Shown: positions 30,484 through 40,560 of the stretch, in pieces
How positions within the stretch are numbered: position 1 is the stretch's first letter
Layout of the letters: every line of letters starts with the position of its first letter
DNA from: Promethearchaeota archaeon
GTDB taxonomy: Archaea; Asgardarchaeota; Lokiarchaeia; Sigyniarchaeales; SOKP01
Direction of reading: 5' to 3'
Length of the DNA stretch: 64,000 nt
NCBI GenBank assembly: GCA_008080735.1
Contig: SHMW01000003.1
Span: 32,001 to 96,000, forward strand
Made by a program: the position numbers and the translations under genes
Notes under the pieces: model-generated
Databases searched by the model: none
What the model saw: only the letters and a program-made list of their open reading frames with translations
What the model was told of the DNA's origin: nothing

Positions 30484-30585
30484 CATAAAAAAGAAATAGA
30501 AGTTCTGAAACAGTTTATGGATGAAATTAAGAATAAAATAAGAAATAAGCTAATTTAAGTCATTTTTATTGGGTCAAATGCAAAA
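30484..30585 (+). pseudogene. remnant of minimal nucleotidyltransferase (MNT antitoxin) N-terminus
   Basis: EIEVLKQFMDEIKNKIRNKLI*VIFIGSNA resembles the MNT GS motif region; directly follows the HEPN pseudogene. Confidence 0.45.
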
Positions 30586-30662
30586 ATTAAAAACTACATT
30601 TCTCAAGGAAAATTATCTTAAAAGGAAAAATTATGGAGAATTAGTTGAATACACTTTTAAGT

Positions 30663-30857
30663 TCATTCAACTTTACCTTTGAATTCAAGATTCTTCTGCT
30701 TTAAAGCTTCAGATCTAAAGCATCCACAACATAAAAACTCAACCGCAGGATGATCCCACAATGTTATCAGATATTCACGACTAAGATGATAATTCTGCCG
30801 TATAAATTCACCTAAATTAAGCTCTTCTCCACAATAGTAACAATAATTTTCTCTCAT
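30663..30857 (-). CDS. small zinc-finger-like protein (CxxC...CCxC)
   Basis: CYYC and LCCGCF in 64 aa, with its own AT-rich promoter region. Confidence 0.75.
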   Translation of the reverse strand: MRENYCYYCGEELNLGEFIRQNYHLSREYLITLWDHPAVEFLCCGCFRSEALKQKNLEFKGKVE

Positions 30858-31158
30858 CTTGATATAAAAGATATAATTATTATATATTATATATCTTTCT
30901 GGTAGGTTTGATTTACCTCATATATTGAGTATATTGATACATCTTGATCACGGACAGTCTTCAGTTTTCAGAAAAGCTTTAAAAAATGGGAGTGGATGTT
31001 TGAATTTCGAAAAAAAATGCTCTCATCAAGAAAGATATAAACTATGGTCACATTCTAGAAAGGAGAATTAATACTAAAAAGGATAAAATACTTAATCGAG
31101 TTATTATTTTACACACCAAATTGTTTCCAAACGAAAGCTATACATATTAAATTTCTTT

Positions 31159-32064
31159 ATGACTGATTTTATCCAGCCTATTTTTGAGGATCACGATGAT
31201 ATATTTTTCATTGAAGGGAAATATGGCGGTAAAGTGCCCTTCTCTAATTGTCTCTTAATTGCCGACCATATCATAGATACGGGGATCTCAGCATTATATT
31301 TGAAGAGGTTAAGACATAAATTTACTATTAGGAAAGTTCTATTTAGCCATTGGCATGATGATCATATTAGGGATAATAGAATCCTTGAAGATATTCCCTT
31401 TTATTGTCATCCGAAATGTAAACCCATTATTGAAGATATAGATAAACTGCTTGATTTATACGCTATTCGAGGAACGCCCGTTGAGATTAAATTTAAGGAA
31501 TATCTCTCGGATGTAATTGATGTGTATAATACTAAAATTAAGGGATCGTTTAGTCCAGGGGATGTTTTTCAAATAGGAAGCTATGAAATGCAGATTATAT
31601 CTACACCAGGGCATTCTGTGGGCCATTGCGCATTTCATATCCCAGAGCTTAAATTTGCTTTTATCGGAGATATAGATCTCTCAAAATTTGGGCCCTGGTA
31701 TGGTGGGACTGATTCTAATATTTCTGAGTTCATCGAATCCATCGAAAAAATCCGTAAAATGGATCTTGAAGTCGTTGCCACGGGTCATCGGGGAATCGTT
31801 CGGGGAAAAGAACTCATAAATCAACAGTTAATAAATTATAAAGAAATTTTTAATGCTCGAGAGGAAAAAATTTTGTCATTCTTGACAAAAGAGCACCCGA
31901 CAAGTCCCGAAGATCTGCTTGAAAAAAGTATTATTTATAAAGATTACCGCTTTCTTAAACCATTTTTGCTGGTAATGGAAAAAACAATGATCGATAAGCA
32001 TCTCCAGAAATTGAAGAATGAAGGTAAAATAACTCAAGTTGCCGAAGGTTATGTTTTATCATAA
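31159..32064 (+). CDS. metallo-beta-lactamase fold hydrolase with C-terminal wHTH
   Basis: IDTG, SHWHDDH, TPGHS.GH, GD, TGH. Confidence 0.9.
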   Translation: MTDFIQPIFEDHDDIFFIEGKYGGKVPFSNCLLIADHIIDTGISALYLKRLRHKFTIRKVLFSHWHDDHIRDNRILEDIPFYCHPKCKPIIEDIDKLLDLYAIRGTPVEIKFKEYLSDVIDVYNTKIKGSFSPGDVFQIGSYEMQIISTPGHSVGHCAFHIPELKFAFIGDIDLSKFGPWYGGTDSNISEFIESIEKIRKMDLEVVATGHRGIVRGKELINQQLINYKEIFNAREEKILSFLTKEHPTSPEDLLEKSIIYKDYRFLKPFLLVMEKTMIDKHLQKLKNEGKITQVAEGYVLS

Positions 32065-32091
32065 TGAAATGTAAGATTTAAGTGAAAAAAA

Positions 32092-32720
32092 TCAATTCGT
32101 TTGTCTTTTTATTTTAAATTTTAACCAGGCTTTTTCATCTTTTTCAATAATTTCTTTTACTTCGGAAATAGAATTAAAACCCGCTAAATCACCATAAGAT
32201 TCCTTTAGGCTTTTTACTAAGTTGTGTGCTTGGTAAATCCCATCTGATTGAGCTAATTTATCATATTGGTTAGAATCCACCCCGCAAATTGCTTAATTTT
32301 TGGTTTAAAATAATCTTTCTCAACTTCTTTGGCAATCTGCTTAATAAATTCCTTTTGATCCTTTATAATTGAAGGTAATTCATGCTTTACAGCTAATCTC
32401 ATAATCTTGTCTGAAAGAATAATCGCATCATCGAAATATTCTTCAGATCTATATTTTTGGGTTTTTCCCTGGATAGTGGGCTATTTTATTTGGATTGGTC
32501 GGAATGTAAGGAAAAACTCAATAAAAAACGAGATTCCAATCAGCAAGATTGAAAAATCCAGCATAAAAACTCGACTAATAATGATTCCGAAGAAATTCAC
32601 AGATGTGATGTCTGGGCTAATTATAACAGAATTAATGATAGCATGTACGATTACGAGCCCAGATAATAGTAGAGAAATTGCCAATATATGAATCATCACT
32701 TTTACTCGAGTTTTATTCAT
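32092..32720 (-). pseudogene. interrupted membrane-anchored protein (2 TM + helical domain)
   Basis: ORF 32481-32720 reads past TAG into an open frame (PTIQGK..DDAIILSDKIMRLA..KIKQFAGWIL), then a frameshift near 32270 joins ORF 32092-32280. Confidence 0.65.
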
Positions 32721-32941
32721 AAAAAATAATCACCTTGTATTGACTTTGTATCGATTGTTTATTTAGTCAAACTGAATATGAAAAAACTCCTTTAAAATTA
32801 TTTCAGTCTCTGGTTAATATTGTTCTAATGATACAAAATAATAAATTCAGTCGTAAGGAAGTAATAAATCCAAAACATTTCTGGGATTTATTATGGTTAA
32901 ATCATATTTTTATCAGGTAGCAATTATTAAAATAAAATAGT

Positions 32942-32955
32942 TATATTGGATATAT
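32942..32955. promoter_or_regulatory. candidate nitrogen-regulon box TATATTGGATATAT
   Basis: Identical to 9388-9401; upstream of the FMN glutamate-synthase-like gene. Confidence 0.4.
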
Positions 32956-33203
32956 TAGTATACCAGATTTTATACATTTAACTTAAATTATATTAAATAA
33001 CTCATATTATAAACAATAACTAATATAATATAGATTTGTATAAGATACCTTCAGTATGAGGGTTTTGAATGCAAATTTATTGCGAAAATTTACTAATTAC
33101 TCCAATGCGTCATCCTTAAAAACGATGGTTGCTTCTGAGTAAAATTGGTAAATATAATTTATAAAAAATGAATGAAACTGACAATAAAGAATAGTGATAT
33201 AAA

Positions 33204-34850
33204 ATGACAAAGTTTAATATGATTACCCACAGAAACAGCATGCTTGGTACAAGAACGCGTGTTGAGGATTCCTGTGAATCTGGGCTATGTCCTATCTGTA
33301 TTGCAGACTGCCCCGTATTTTGCGAGGTTTCCAAATCTGCTCTTCGTGGGAGAGAAGTCCTATATCCGATGAGAGAATATTTTGGAGATTCAACTGCTGG
33401 AACTCCAAAAGATTTTGGATTTAGTTATAGTGATTTCCAGATTCAATTTGAAGTCAGAGGAGCAGAAGGTATTGAAGCTCACGAGGATTCCGTAATTTTT
33501 CCTAATGCCGATGTATCTTCTCGATGGGGGAACATTGAGCAAAAATTGCCCATCGTGATTGCGGGATTAGGAAGTACATATGTTGCAAAGCAAAATTGGG
33601 AAGGCTTGGCGGAAGGTGCGGCTATGGCTGGTGTGAGCATAACGGTTGGAGAAAATGTCGTAGGAATGGATCCCAATGCGACATTCGAGAATGGTGGAGA
33701 ATATCCACAAGTTGTTGATACCGAAGATATGAAATTCCGAGTTGAGACTTTTCGAGATTACTGGGACGGCAAGCACGGAGATGTTATCATTCAAAAAAAC
33801 GTGGAAGACACTCGATTGGGAGTCTTTGATTATGTAACGTCAAAATTGGATATCGAATCCCTTGAAATTAAATTCGGTCAAGGTGCAAAAGCCATTGGAG
33901 GAGAAGTAAGACTTAATACTTTAGAACGAGCTCAATTGCTGCAAGATCGTGGATATTTAGTTATACCCGACCCATCCGATCCAGTTGTTATTGATCAATG
34001 GAAAAAAGGGTTAATTCCTGATTTCGAGAGACATAGTAGAGTCGGTTTATCTAGTACCGAGGATGTATTAGAGGAAATTGATTCTTTAAGAGAACGAGGA
34101 GTAAAAAATATATTTATTAAGACGGGAGCATATAGACCCGCCGCAACGGCTTGGATTATCCGAGTGGGTGTCGAAGGGGGAGTTGACGGAATGACATTTG
34201 ATGGGGCTGGAGGAGGGACTGGTATGAGTCCCGTGAGCATGATGAATGAAGGGTCAATTCCTACCGCCTATCTACAAGCATTAGTGATTGGCTGTTTGGA
34301 TATGATTAAAAAGAAAAATCCGAACGCAAAAATTCCAACAATCGCGATGGCGGGTGGATTCGCAAATGAGACGCAAATGTTTAAATCATTAGCGATGGGT
34401 GCGCCTTATCAAACATGTATCGCAATGGCTCGTGCTCCAATAACCGCAGCTATGAAAGGAGAGTATGTTGGAAAAGTAATCGACGAAAATACGGCGACGC
34501 CGGCGATGTTAAACAATTTAGGTTTTCCAAGGAATAAGGAGCCCGATACTTTAACTCTCGATGAGGCGTTTGTTGAATGGGATCATTTAGAACGAAAATT
34601 CCCAGATCAAAAGCTCAATCCTGCATCTGTGGGAGTTTATACCTATTTTGCGAGTAAGTTGGGTATTGGTCTGAAACAGCTTTTAGCTGGTACTAGAAAA
34701 TTCAAGTTAGATTTGCTTGATAGAGAGGATATTGCGTGTATTTCTCAACGAGCTGTAGATGTATGTAAACATTGGGAGCTTGGAATAGATTCTCAAGAGA
34801 ATCTTGATATGGAACTTGTCAAAAAAGAGATTTACAGCGGCAATTACTAA
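33204..34850 (+). CDS. FMN-binding glutamate synthase family protein (stand-alone GltB2-like)
   Basis: SGLCPICIADCPVFCE, GENVVGMDP, EIKFGQGAKAIGGEV, FERHSR, KTGAY, DGAGGGTGMSP. Confidence 0.9.
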   Translation: MTKFNMITHRNSMLGTRTRVEDSCESGLCPICIADCPVFCEVSKSALRGREVLYPMREYFGDSTAGTPKDFGFSYSDFQIQFEVRGAEGIEAHEDSVIFPNADVSSRWGNIEQKLPIVIAGLGSTYVAKQNWEGLAEGAAMAGVSITVGENVVGMDPNATFENGGEYPQVVDTEDMKFRVETFRDYWDGKHGDVIIQKNVEDTRLGVFDYVTSKLDIESLEIKFGQGAKAIGGEVRLNTLERAQLLQDRGYLVIPDPSDPVVIDQWKKGLIPDFERHSRVGLSSTEDVLEEIDSLRERGVKNIFIKTGAYRPAATAWIIRVGVEGGVDGMTFDGAGGGTGMSPVSMMNEGSIPTAYLQALVIGCLDMIKKKNPNAKIPTIAMAGGFANETQMFKSLAMGAPYQTCIAMARAPITAAMKGEYVGKVIDENTATPAMLNNLGFPRNKEPDTLTLDEAFVEWDHLERKFPDQKLNPASVGVYTYFASKLGIGLKQLLAGTRKFKLDLLDREDIACISQRAVDVCKHWELGIDSQENLDMELVKKEIYSGNY

Positions 34851-34936
34851 CTTTTCTTGTTTTTTTATTTTTAAACAATTTTTTTCAGCATTGATAGTAT
34901 TTTAATTATACTGAGAGAATCTTAAATCGATTATTA

Positions 34937-36496
34937 CTATTCAAACTCAATCGTACTCGGTGGCTTATTAGAAATATCGTATAAGACCCGGTTAAAACCA
35001 TCTACCTCATTAATTATTCTCGTGCCTATCCTTTCGAGTAATTCCCAATCCAATCTAGCAAAGCTTGCAGTCATAGCATCTCTCGATTCAACTGCCCGTA
35101 TCGCACAGATATTTTGATATGTTCTATAATCGCCCATAACACCTACCGTTTTTAATGGTAAAAAGACACAAAATATTTGCCATAATTCATCATATAACCC
35201 TTCTTTCTTGATCTCCTCCATTAAAATATAATCTGCTTCGCGTAAAGTATCCAATCTCTGTTTTGTAATCTCTCCGATGCATCTAACCGCCAGACCAGGT
35301 CCGGGGAATGGATGGCGATCAATTATAATTGAGGGTAGTCCTAATTTTCTCCCAATTCTTCTAACCTCATCCTTATATAAATTCTTTAAAGGTTCGATAA
35401 TTTGGAGTTTCATATCATTAGGTAGAGTTAAATTATGGTGTGATTTGATTTTAGCCGAAGCTTTACTAGTAGCACTTGTTTCAACTCTGTCTGGATATAT
35501 CGTTCCTTGTGCAAGAAATTCAATATTTGGATAACTATGTTCTAATTCTATAGTCTTCTGTTCAAATATTTCAATAAACGTATGACCAATAATTCGTCTT
35601 TTCTCTTCAGGATCTTCTATACCCTTCAAGTTCTCAAGAAATAGTTTTTCTGCATCAATATAATGAAAATTTGAAAATCCTAACTTATCTTTAAATACCT
35701 TTTGGACCTTTTTCTCTTCGTTTTTCCTTAACAAACCATTATTTACAAAGATACAATGAAGACGATCTCCAATAGCTTCATGTAATAAAACCGCTGTAAC
35801 AGAACTATCGACACCTCCGCTTAAACCTAAAATTATACGGTTTTTTTGACCTACCTGTTCTTGAATATCTCCAATAGACTTCTGAATCCAATTTTCTAAT
35901 CTCCATTCTTTTTTACATTTGGCAATTTTGTCAATGAAATTGCTAAGGATAATGTTTCCCTTTGGTGTATTGGTGACTTCGGGGTGAAATTGGACACCAT
36001 AAATATACTGTTCTTCATTTTCATAAGCGGCGATTGGGCAAGTATTTGTTTCTGCGATGGGTCTAAATGCTTTGGGCAATTTTTTTACTTGATCTCCATG
36101 TGACATCCATACCACTTCTTCATCATGAAGCCCCTTTAATAATGGAGTTTCTTCCAATTTATAGAGAATCGTTTTTCCGTATTCTTTTCTATTGTGAGGT
36201 TCTATTGTACCTCCTAATTGGTGGACAATTAGATGATGACCATAGCAGATGCCCAAGAGTGGAATATTCTGGAATTGGACATAGCTATAAAACTTATCAT
36301 GTAATTTGGGATCTCTATTATTATAAACACTTCCGGGTCCTCCTGATAATATGATTCCCTTTGGATTCTTCTTTTTAAGAATTGAAAGTTTACAATCGTG
36401 TGGCAGAATTTCAGAATATACACCTAATTCTCTAATTCTCCTCGATATTAGATGGCAATATTGCCCCCCGAAATCTATAACGATTATTTTATCCAT
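34937..36496 (-). CDS. guaA: GMP synthase (glutamine-hydrolysing), single-chain form
   Basis: IDFGGQY, GICYG, QFHPE, LSGGVDS, KSHHN, RHPFPGPGL, KPPSTIEFE. Confidence 0.96.
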   Translation of the reverse strand: MDKIIVIDFGGQYCHLISRRIRELGVYSEILPHDCKLSILKKKNPKGIILSGGPGSVYNNRDPKLHDKFYSYVQFQNIPLLGICYGHHLIVHQLGGTIEPHNRKEYGKTILYKLEETPLLKGLHDEEVVWMSHGDQVKKLPKAFRPIAETNTCPIAAYENEEQYIYGVQFHPEVTNTPKGNIILSNFIDKIAKCKKEWRLENWIQKSIGDIQEQVGQKNRIILGLSGGVDSSVTAVLLHEAIGDRLHCIFVNNGLLRKNEEKKVQKVFKDKLGFSNFHYIDAEKLFLENLKGIEDPEEKRRIIGHTFIEIFEQKTIELEHSYPNIEFLAQGTIYPDRVETSATSKASAKIKSHHNLTLPNDMKLQIIEPLKNLYKDEVRRIGRKLGLPSIIIDRHPFPGPGLAVRCIGEITKQRLDTLREADYILMEEIKKEGLYDELWQIFCVFLPLKTVGVMGDYRTYQNICAIRAVESRDAMTASFARLDWELLERIGTRIINEVDGFNRVLYDISNKPPSTIEFE

Positions 36497-36685
36497 TTTT
36501 TAGTGTTTTTTAATATTTTAAAATATATTCGCTATTCGTAAGTTTGATAAATGCACTATTATCGAGCTGGAAATAATTCCACCTTATTAATAATAATCCT
36601 CAGTCGGCAATTAATTTTTCAGTTAATGAACAAATTTTATTTTTAACCCTTCTAATTACAAATTATTAGAAGTTTGTGATGAATT

Positions 36686-37594
36686 TTGAACTATACGATT
36701 ATATCGAAAAAACAGTTGGATTCTCAAGGTTGTCTCTATGAAATGGTATTATCTACCCCCTTGATAGCCCAGAAAGCTCGCGCGGGGAACTTTATTCTGC
36801 TGAGAATCTATGAAAAAGGAGAAAGATTCCCACTTACAGTCGCAGACTATAATCGCGATGAAGGAACAATTACGATTGTTTTTCAAGTTGTTGGAAAGAG
36901 TACGGAGCTTTTGTCAACCCTTAACATTGGTGAAGATCTTTTAGACGTCGTGGGACCTCTGGGAAATGATATCCATTTAAAAAAATATAAACACCCTGTT
37001 ATTGTTATAGGAGGGGGTGTAGGAATTGCACCCGCCTACCCACAAGCGAAGGAATTAAAACAAGCAGGGAATACGATTATCTCCATTATCGGTGCTCGGA
37101 CAAAAGATCTCCTATTTTGGAAGGATAAGATGGAACAAGTAAGTGATGAGCTTATAATTTGTACTGATGACGGAAGTGAAGGAATTCACGGAGTCGTTAC
37201 CGATCCATTGAAAGATATAATCGCAAATAAGCCTATTAGCTTGGTTATTGCGATTGGCCCGTTGGTTATGATGAAGTATGTTACGTTAACTACTAATGGG
37301 GAGAAAAATCTTCCTAAGATAAAAACAATGGTTTCTCTAAATACTATAATGGTCGACGGTACTGGTATGTGTGGAGGATGTCGGTTTAAAACCAACGATG
37401 GTGAATTTTATTTCGCATGTGTAGATGGACCTGATGTAGATGGACATATCGTGGATTTTGATAATTTAATGAAACGAGCGGAAAGGTTTTGTACTCAAGA
37501 AGAGGAATCGCTGCATATTCATCGATGTTGGTGCGAAAGTATAGCCAAATCTAACAATCAAATAGGAGATGAATATGGCGAATTCGAGAAATAA
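36686..37594 (+). CDS. NfnA/SudB-type FAD/[2Fe-2S] subunit
   Basis: ERFPLT, GPLG, GGGVG, MVDGTGMCGGCR, FACVDGP. Confidence 0.9.
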   Translation: MNYTIISKKQLDSQGCLYEMVLSTPLIAQKARAGNFILLRIYEKGERFPLTVADYNRDEGTITIVFQVVGKSTELLSTLNIGEDLLDVVGPLGNDIHLKKYKHPVIVIGGGVGIAPAYPQAKELKQAGNTIISIIGARTKDLLFWKDKMEQVSDELIICTDDGSEGIHGVVTDPLKDIIANKPISLVIAIGPLVMMKYVTLTTNGEKNLPKIKTMVSLNTIMVDGTGMCGGCRFKTNDGEFYFACVDGPDVDGHIVDFDNLMKRAERFCTQEEESLHIHRCWCESIAKSNNQIGDEYGEFEK

Positions 37595-38972
37595 AACTAG
37601 GCAAACAATGAAAGAGCAAGATCCAAAAGAAAGAATAAAAAATTTTGAAGAAGTTCCTTTTGGATATTCAGAAGAAGAGGCCATATTGGAAGCTGAACGA
37701 TGTTTGCAATGTGCAAAACCCTTGTGCATTAAGGGGTGCCCTGTTGATGTCGATATCCCTGAATTTATTGGACACATAAAAGAGAGAGAATTTCGTCAAG
37801 CCATCGATTCGATCAAAGAAAAAAACATTTTACCCGCTATTTGTGGACGAGTTTGTCCTCAAGAAATACAATGTGAGAATCAATGTGTTCTCGGAAGAAA
37901 GGGGGACCCCATTGCGATTGGGTCATTAGAGCGTTTTGTTGCAGATTGGGAACGAGAAAATCAATTAAAAGCATGCCCAGAATGCAAACCTCCTAATAAT
38001 ATCAAGGTGGCGGTTGTTGGTTCTGGTCCCGCAGGATTGACGTGTGCCGCGGACTTAGCCAAATTAGGTTATGATGTAACGATTTTTGAAGCATTTCACG
38101 CGCCTGGCGGGGTGTTAATGTATGGAATCCCCGAATTTCGTTTACCAAAAGAAATTGTAATGGACGAGGTTGAGACTTTAGAGATGCTCAGTGTAAAACT
38201 TCGTTATAATGCGGTCATTGGCAAATTGTTTACTCTTGAAGATCTAAGAGAAATGGGATTCAAAGCATTCTTCTTAGGTGTTGGCGCGGGATTACCTATT
38301 ATTTTAAAACTGCCGGGAACAGGTTTAAATGGTGTCTTAACGGCTAATGAGTTCTTAACGCGTACCAATTTAATGAAAGCATATAAATTTCCAGAATATG
38401 ATACTCCCATTAATGTAGGTAAGGAAGTGACTGTAGTGGGTGGTGGAAATGTTGCTATGGATTCAGCGCGAGTAGCACTTCGATTAGGTGCCAAAAAAGT
38501 GACTGTAGTTTATCGGCGGAGTGAAGTAGAGATGCCCGCCAGAAGAGCTGAATATCATCACGGAAAAGAAGAAGGGATAGAATTTCGGTTTCTTACAAAT
38601 CCAATACGATTAATTGGAGATGAAGAGGGAAATGTCGTTCAAATGGAGGTCATTAATATGGAATTAGGGGAGCCCGATGATTCTGGAAGGAGACGACCTA
38701 TCCCAATTAAAGGTTCCGAGCATCTTATAAAAACAGACATGGTTATATTAGCGATTGGAACCCGAGCAAATCCATTACTTACGAAATCAATCCCAAGTTT
38801 AAAACTTAATAAATGGGGATATATCAAGACAGACGAATGTGGAAGCACTAACCTTGAAGATGTATTTGCGGGAGGAGATATAGTTACCGGTTCAGCTACA
38901 GTAATAAGTGCGATGGGAGCTGGGAGAACTGCCGCAACTGCTATTCATCACTATTTAGAGAACTCTAAATAA
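37569..38972 (+). CDS. NfnB/SudA (GltD-like) NADPH-dependent flavo-FeS subunit
   Basis: EAERCLQC..C..GCP, CGRVCPQE.QCE, GSGPAG, GGGNVAMD, FAGGD. Confidence 0.92.
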   Translation: MNMANSRNKTRQTMKEQDPKERIKNFEEVPFGYSEEEAILEAERCLQCAKPLCIKGCPVDVDIPEFIGHIKEREFRQAIDSIKEKNILPAICGRVCPQEIQCENQCVLGRKGDPIAIGSLERFVADWERENQLKACPECKPPNNIKVAVVGSGPAGLTCAADLAKLGYDVTIFEAFHAPGGVLMYGIPEFRLPKEIVMDEVETLEMLSVKLRYNAVIGKLFTLEDLREMGFKAFFLGVGAGLPIILKLPGTGLNGVLTANEFLTRTNLMKAYKFPEYDTPINVGKEVTVVGGGNVAMDSARVALRLGAKKVTVVYRRSEVEMPARRAEYHHGKEEGIEFRFLTNPIRLIGDEEGNVVQMEVINMELGEPDDSGRRRPIPIKGSEHLIKTDMVILAIGTRANPLLTKSIPSLKLNKWGYIKTDECGSTNLEDVFAGGDIVTGSATVISAMGAGRTAATAIHHYLENSK

Positions 38973-39063
38973 TTAAGATTTAATCCTAATTTTTAATTAC
39001 AATATTTTTCTTAATTTCTAATTCATATTCTTTTCTAATATTTAATTATACTAATATAGCTAA

Positions 39064-39077
39064 TATACTCGATATAT
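39064..39077. promoter_or_regulatory. candidate nitrogen-regulon box TATACTCGATATAT
   Basis: ATATA-N5-TATAT palindromic arms, about 70 bp upstream of gdhA. Confidence 0.35.
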
Positions 39078-39144
39078 ATAACATATAACTTAAAATATTG
39101 CCTTAATTCACTATATTATATAATACCTTAATTAACATAACACG

Positions 39145-40410
39145 ATGAGCATGAACGATAAACCAGAGAGTTTAGATCCATTTAAAATTTCTCAAAAACA
39201 ACTCGCACAGGCTCTGGACATTATTGGCTATGATAACTCAATTTATGGTACATTAAGTGAACCAGAGCGCTTTATAGAGATAAAAATTACTTCCAAAATG
39301 GATGATGGCTCAATTAAAACCTTTAGAGGGTTTAGAAGTCAATATAATTCTGCTAGAGGCCCAATGAAAGGAGGAATCCGATGGCATCCTGATGAGAGTG
39401 CCTCATTAGTTAAAGCTTTATCTGCATGGATGACATGGAAAACAGCATGTGTTGATATTCCTCTGGGTGGTGCGAAGGGAGGTATAATATGTGATCCCAA
39501 AAAATTATCTCAAAATGAAATAGAGAAATTAGCAAGAACATATATAAGAAAACTTGCTGAAAACTTGGGTCCAAGTACTGATATCCCCGCTCCTGATGTT
39601 TATACGAACCCTCAAATCATGGCTTACATGCTTGACGAATATGAGACAATCTATCGAAAGCATAGTCCATCAATGATTACTGGGAAACCTCTTCCTTTAG
39701 GTGGTTCTGCAGGACGTTCTATTGCTACTGCTAAAGGAGGTACCTTTTGCATACGGGAAGCAGCTAAAGATATGGGAATTGATCTAAACGGGGCAAAAGT
39801 GGTGATACAAGGGTATGGTAATGCTGGTCACCATGTTGCTCGGTTGCTTCAGAATGAATTTAATTCCAGAATTATAGCAATTTCAGATACTGGAGGTGCT
39901 ATACATAATTCTAATGGAATCGATGCTATGAAAGCATATGAGCACAAAAAGCAAACTGGGTCTGTTGTTGAATTGGATCATACTGAAGGGATTTCTAACA
40001 AAGGATTGCTACGATTAGATTGTGATATTCTGATTCCTGCTGCAATTGAGAATGTAATTACTCGAGAAAATTCAAATGATATAAAGGCTAAAATCGTAGC
40101 GGAACTTGCGAACGGACCAACCACACCAAAAGCAGATCAAATCTTGTTTGATAACAATGTATTTGTAATTCCCGACTTTTTATGTAATGCTGGAGGTGTA
40201 ACAGTTTCCTATTTCGAGATGGTACAAGGCTATTATCGCTATTTTTGGACGGAAAAGGAAGTATTTAATGCCTTAGATAAAATTATGACACGAGCATATA
40301 GAAGCACCGTTCAGACTGCGCAAGAATACGATACCAATAATAGAATGGGCGCATATATTATTAGCATCAGACGAGTAGTTGAGGCAATGGAACTAAGAGG
40401 ATGGATATAA
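39145..40410 (+). CDS. gdhA: glutamate dehydrogenase (Glu/Leu/Phe/Val dehydrogenase family)
   Basis: GPMKGGIR, MTWK, GGAKGG, DIPAPD, ITGKP, QGYGNAG, ELANGP, NAGGVTVSYFE. Confidence 0.94.
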   Translation: MSMNDKPESLDPFKISQKQLAQALDIIGYDNSIYGTLSEPERFIEIKITSKMDDGSIKTFRGFRSQYNSARGPMKGGIRWHPDESASLVKALSAWMTWKTACVDIPLGGAKGGIICDPKKLSQNEIEKLARTYIRKLAENLGPSTDIPAPDVYTNPQIMAYMLDEYETIYRKHSPSMITGKPLPLGGSAGRSIATAKGGTFCIREAAKDMGIDLNGAKVVIQGYGNAGHHVARLLQNEFNSRIIAISDTGGAIHNSNGIDAMKAYEHKKQTGSVVELDHTEGISNKGLLRLDCDILIPAAIENVITRENSNDIKAKIVAELANGPTTPKADQILFDNNVFVIPDFLCNAGGVTVSYFEMVQGYYRYFWTEKEVFNALDKIMTRAYRSTVQTAQEYDTNNRMGAYIISIRRVVEAMELRGWI

Positions 40411-40560
40411 TTCCTCAAATTTTCTTTTTTCTAATCCTTTTTGAGCTTCTTTTTATGATTTTTGAACATATAGGAAAAGCTTAATATTTAAGACAACCAA
40501 ATAATTTTTATATTAATCAAAAATATTATATCTACCTTAAAAAAAGGGTGAAATGAAAAT

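Noticed and set aside
30155-32483. In-frame TAG codons (30155 and 32481) as pyrrolysine or readthrough
   Set aside because: Both genes have a second lesion (a TAA stop; a frameshift), which points to pseudogenisation.
36569-36580. GGAAATAATTCC as an NrpR operator
   Set aside because: The spacer is 4 bp rather than the 6 bp of GGAA-N6-TTCC, and it is a single occurrence.
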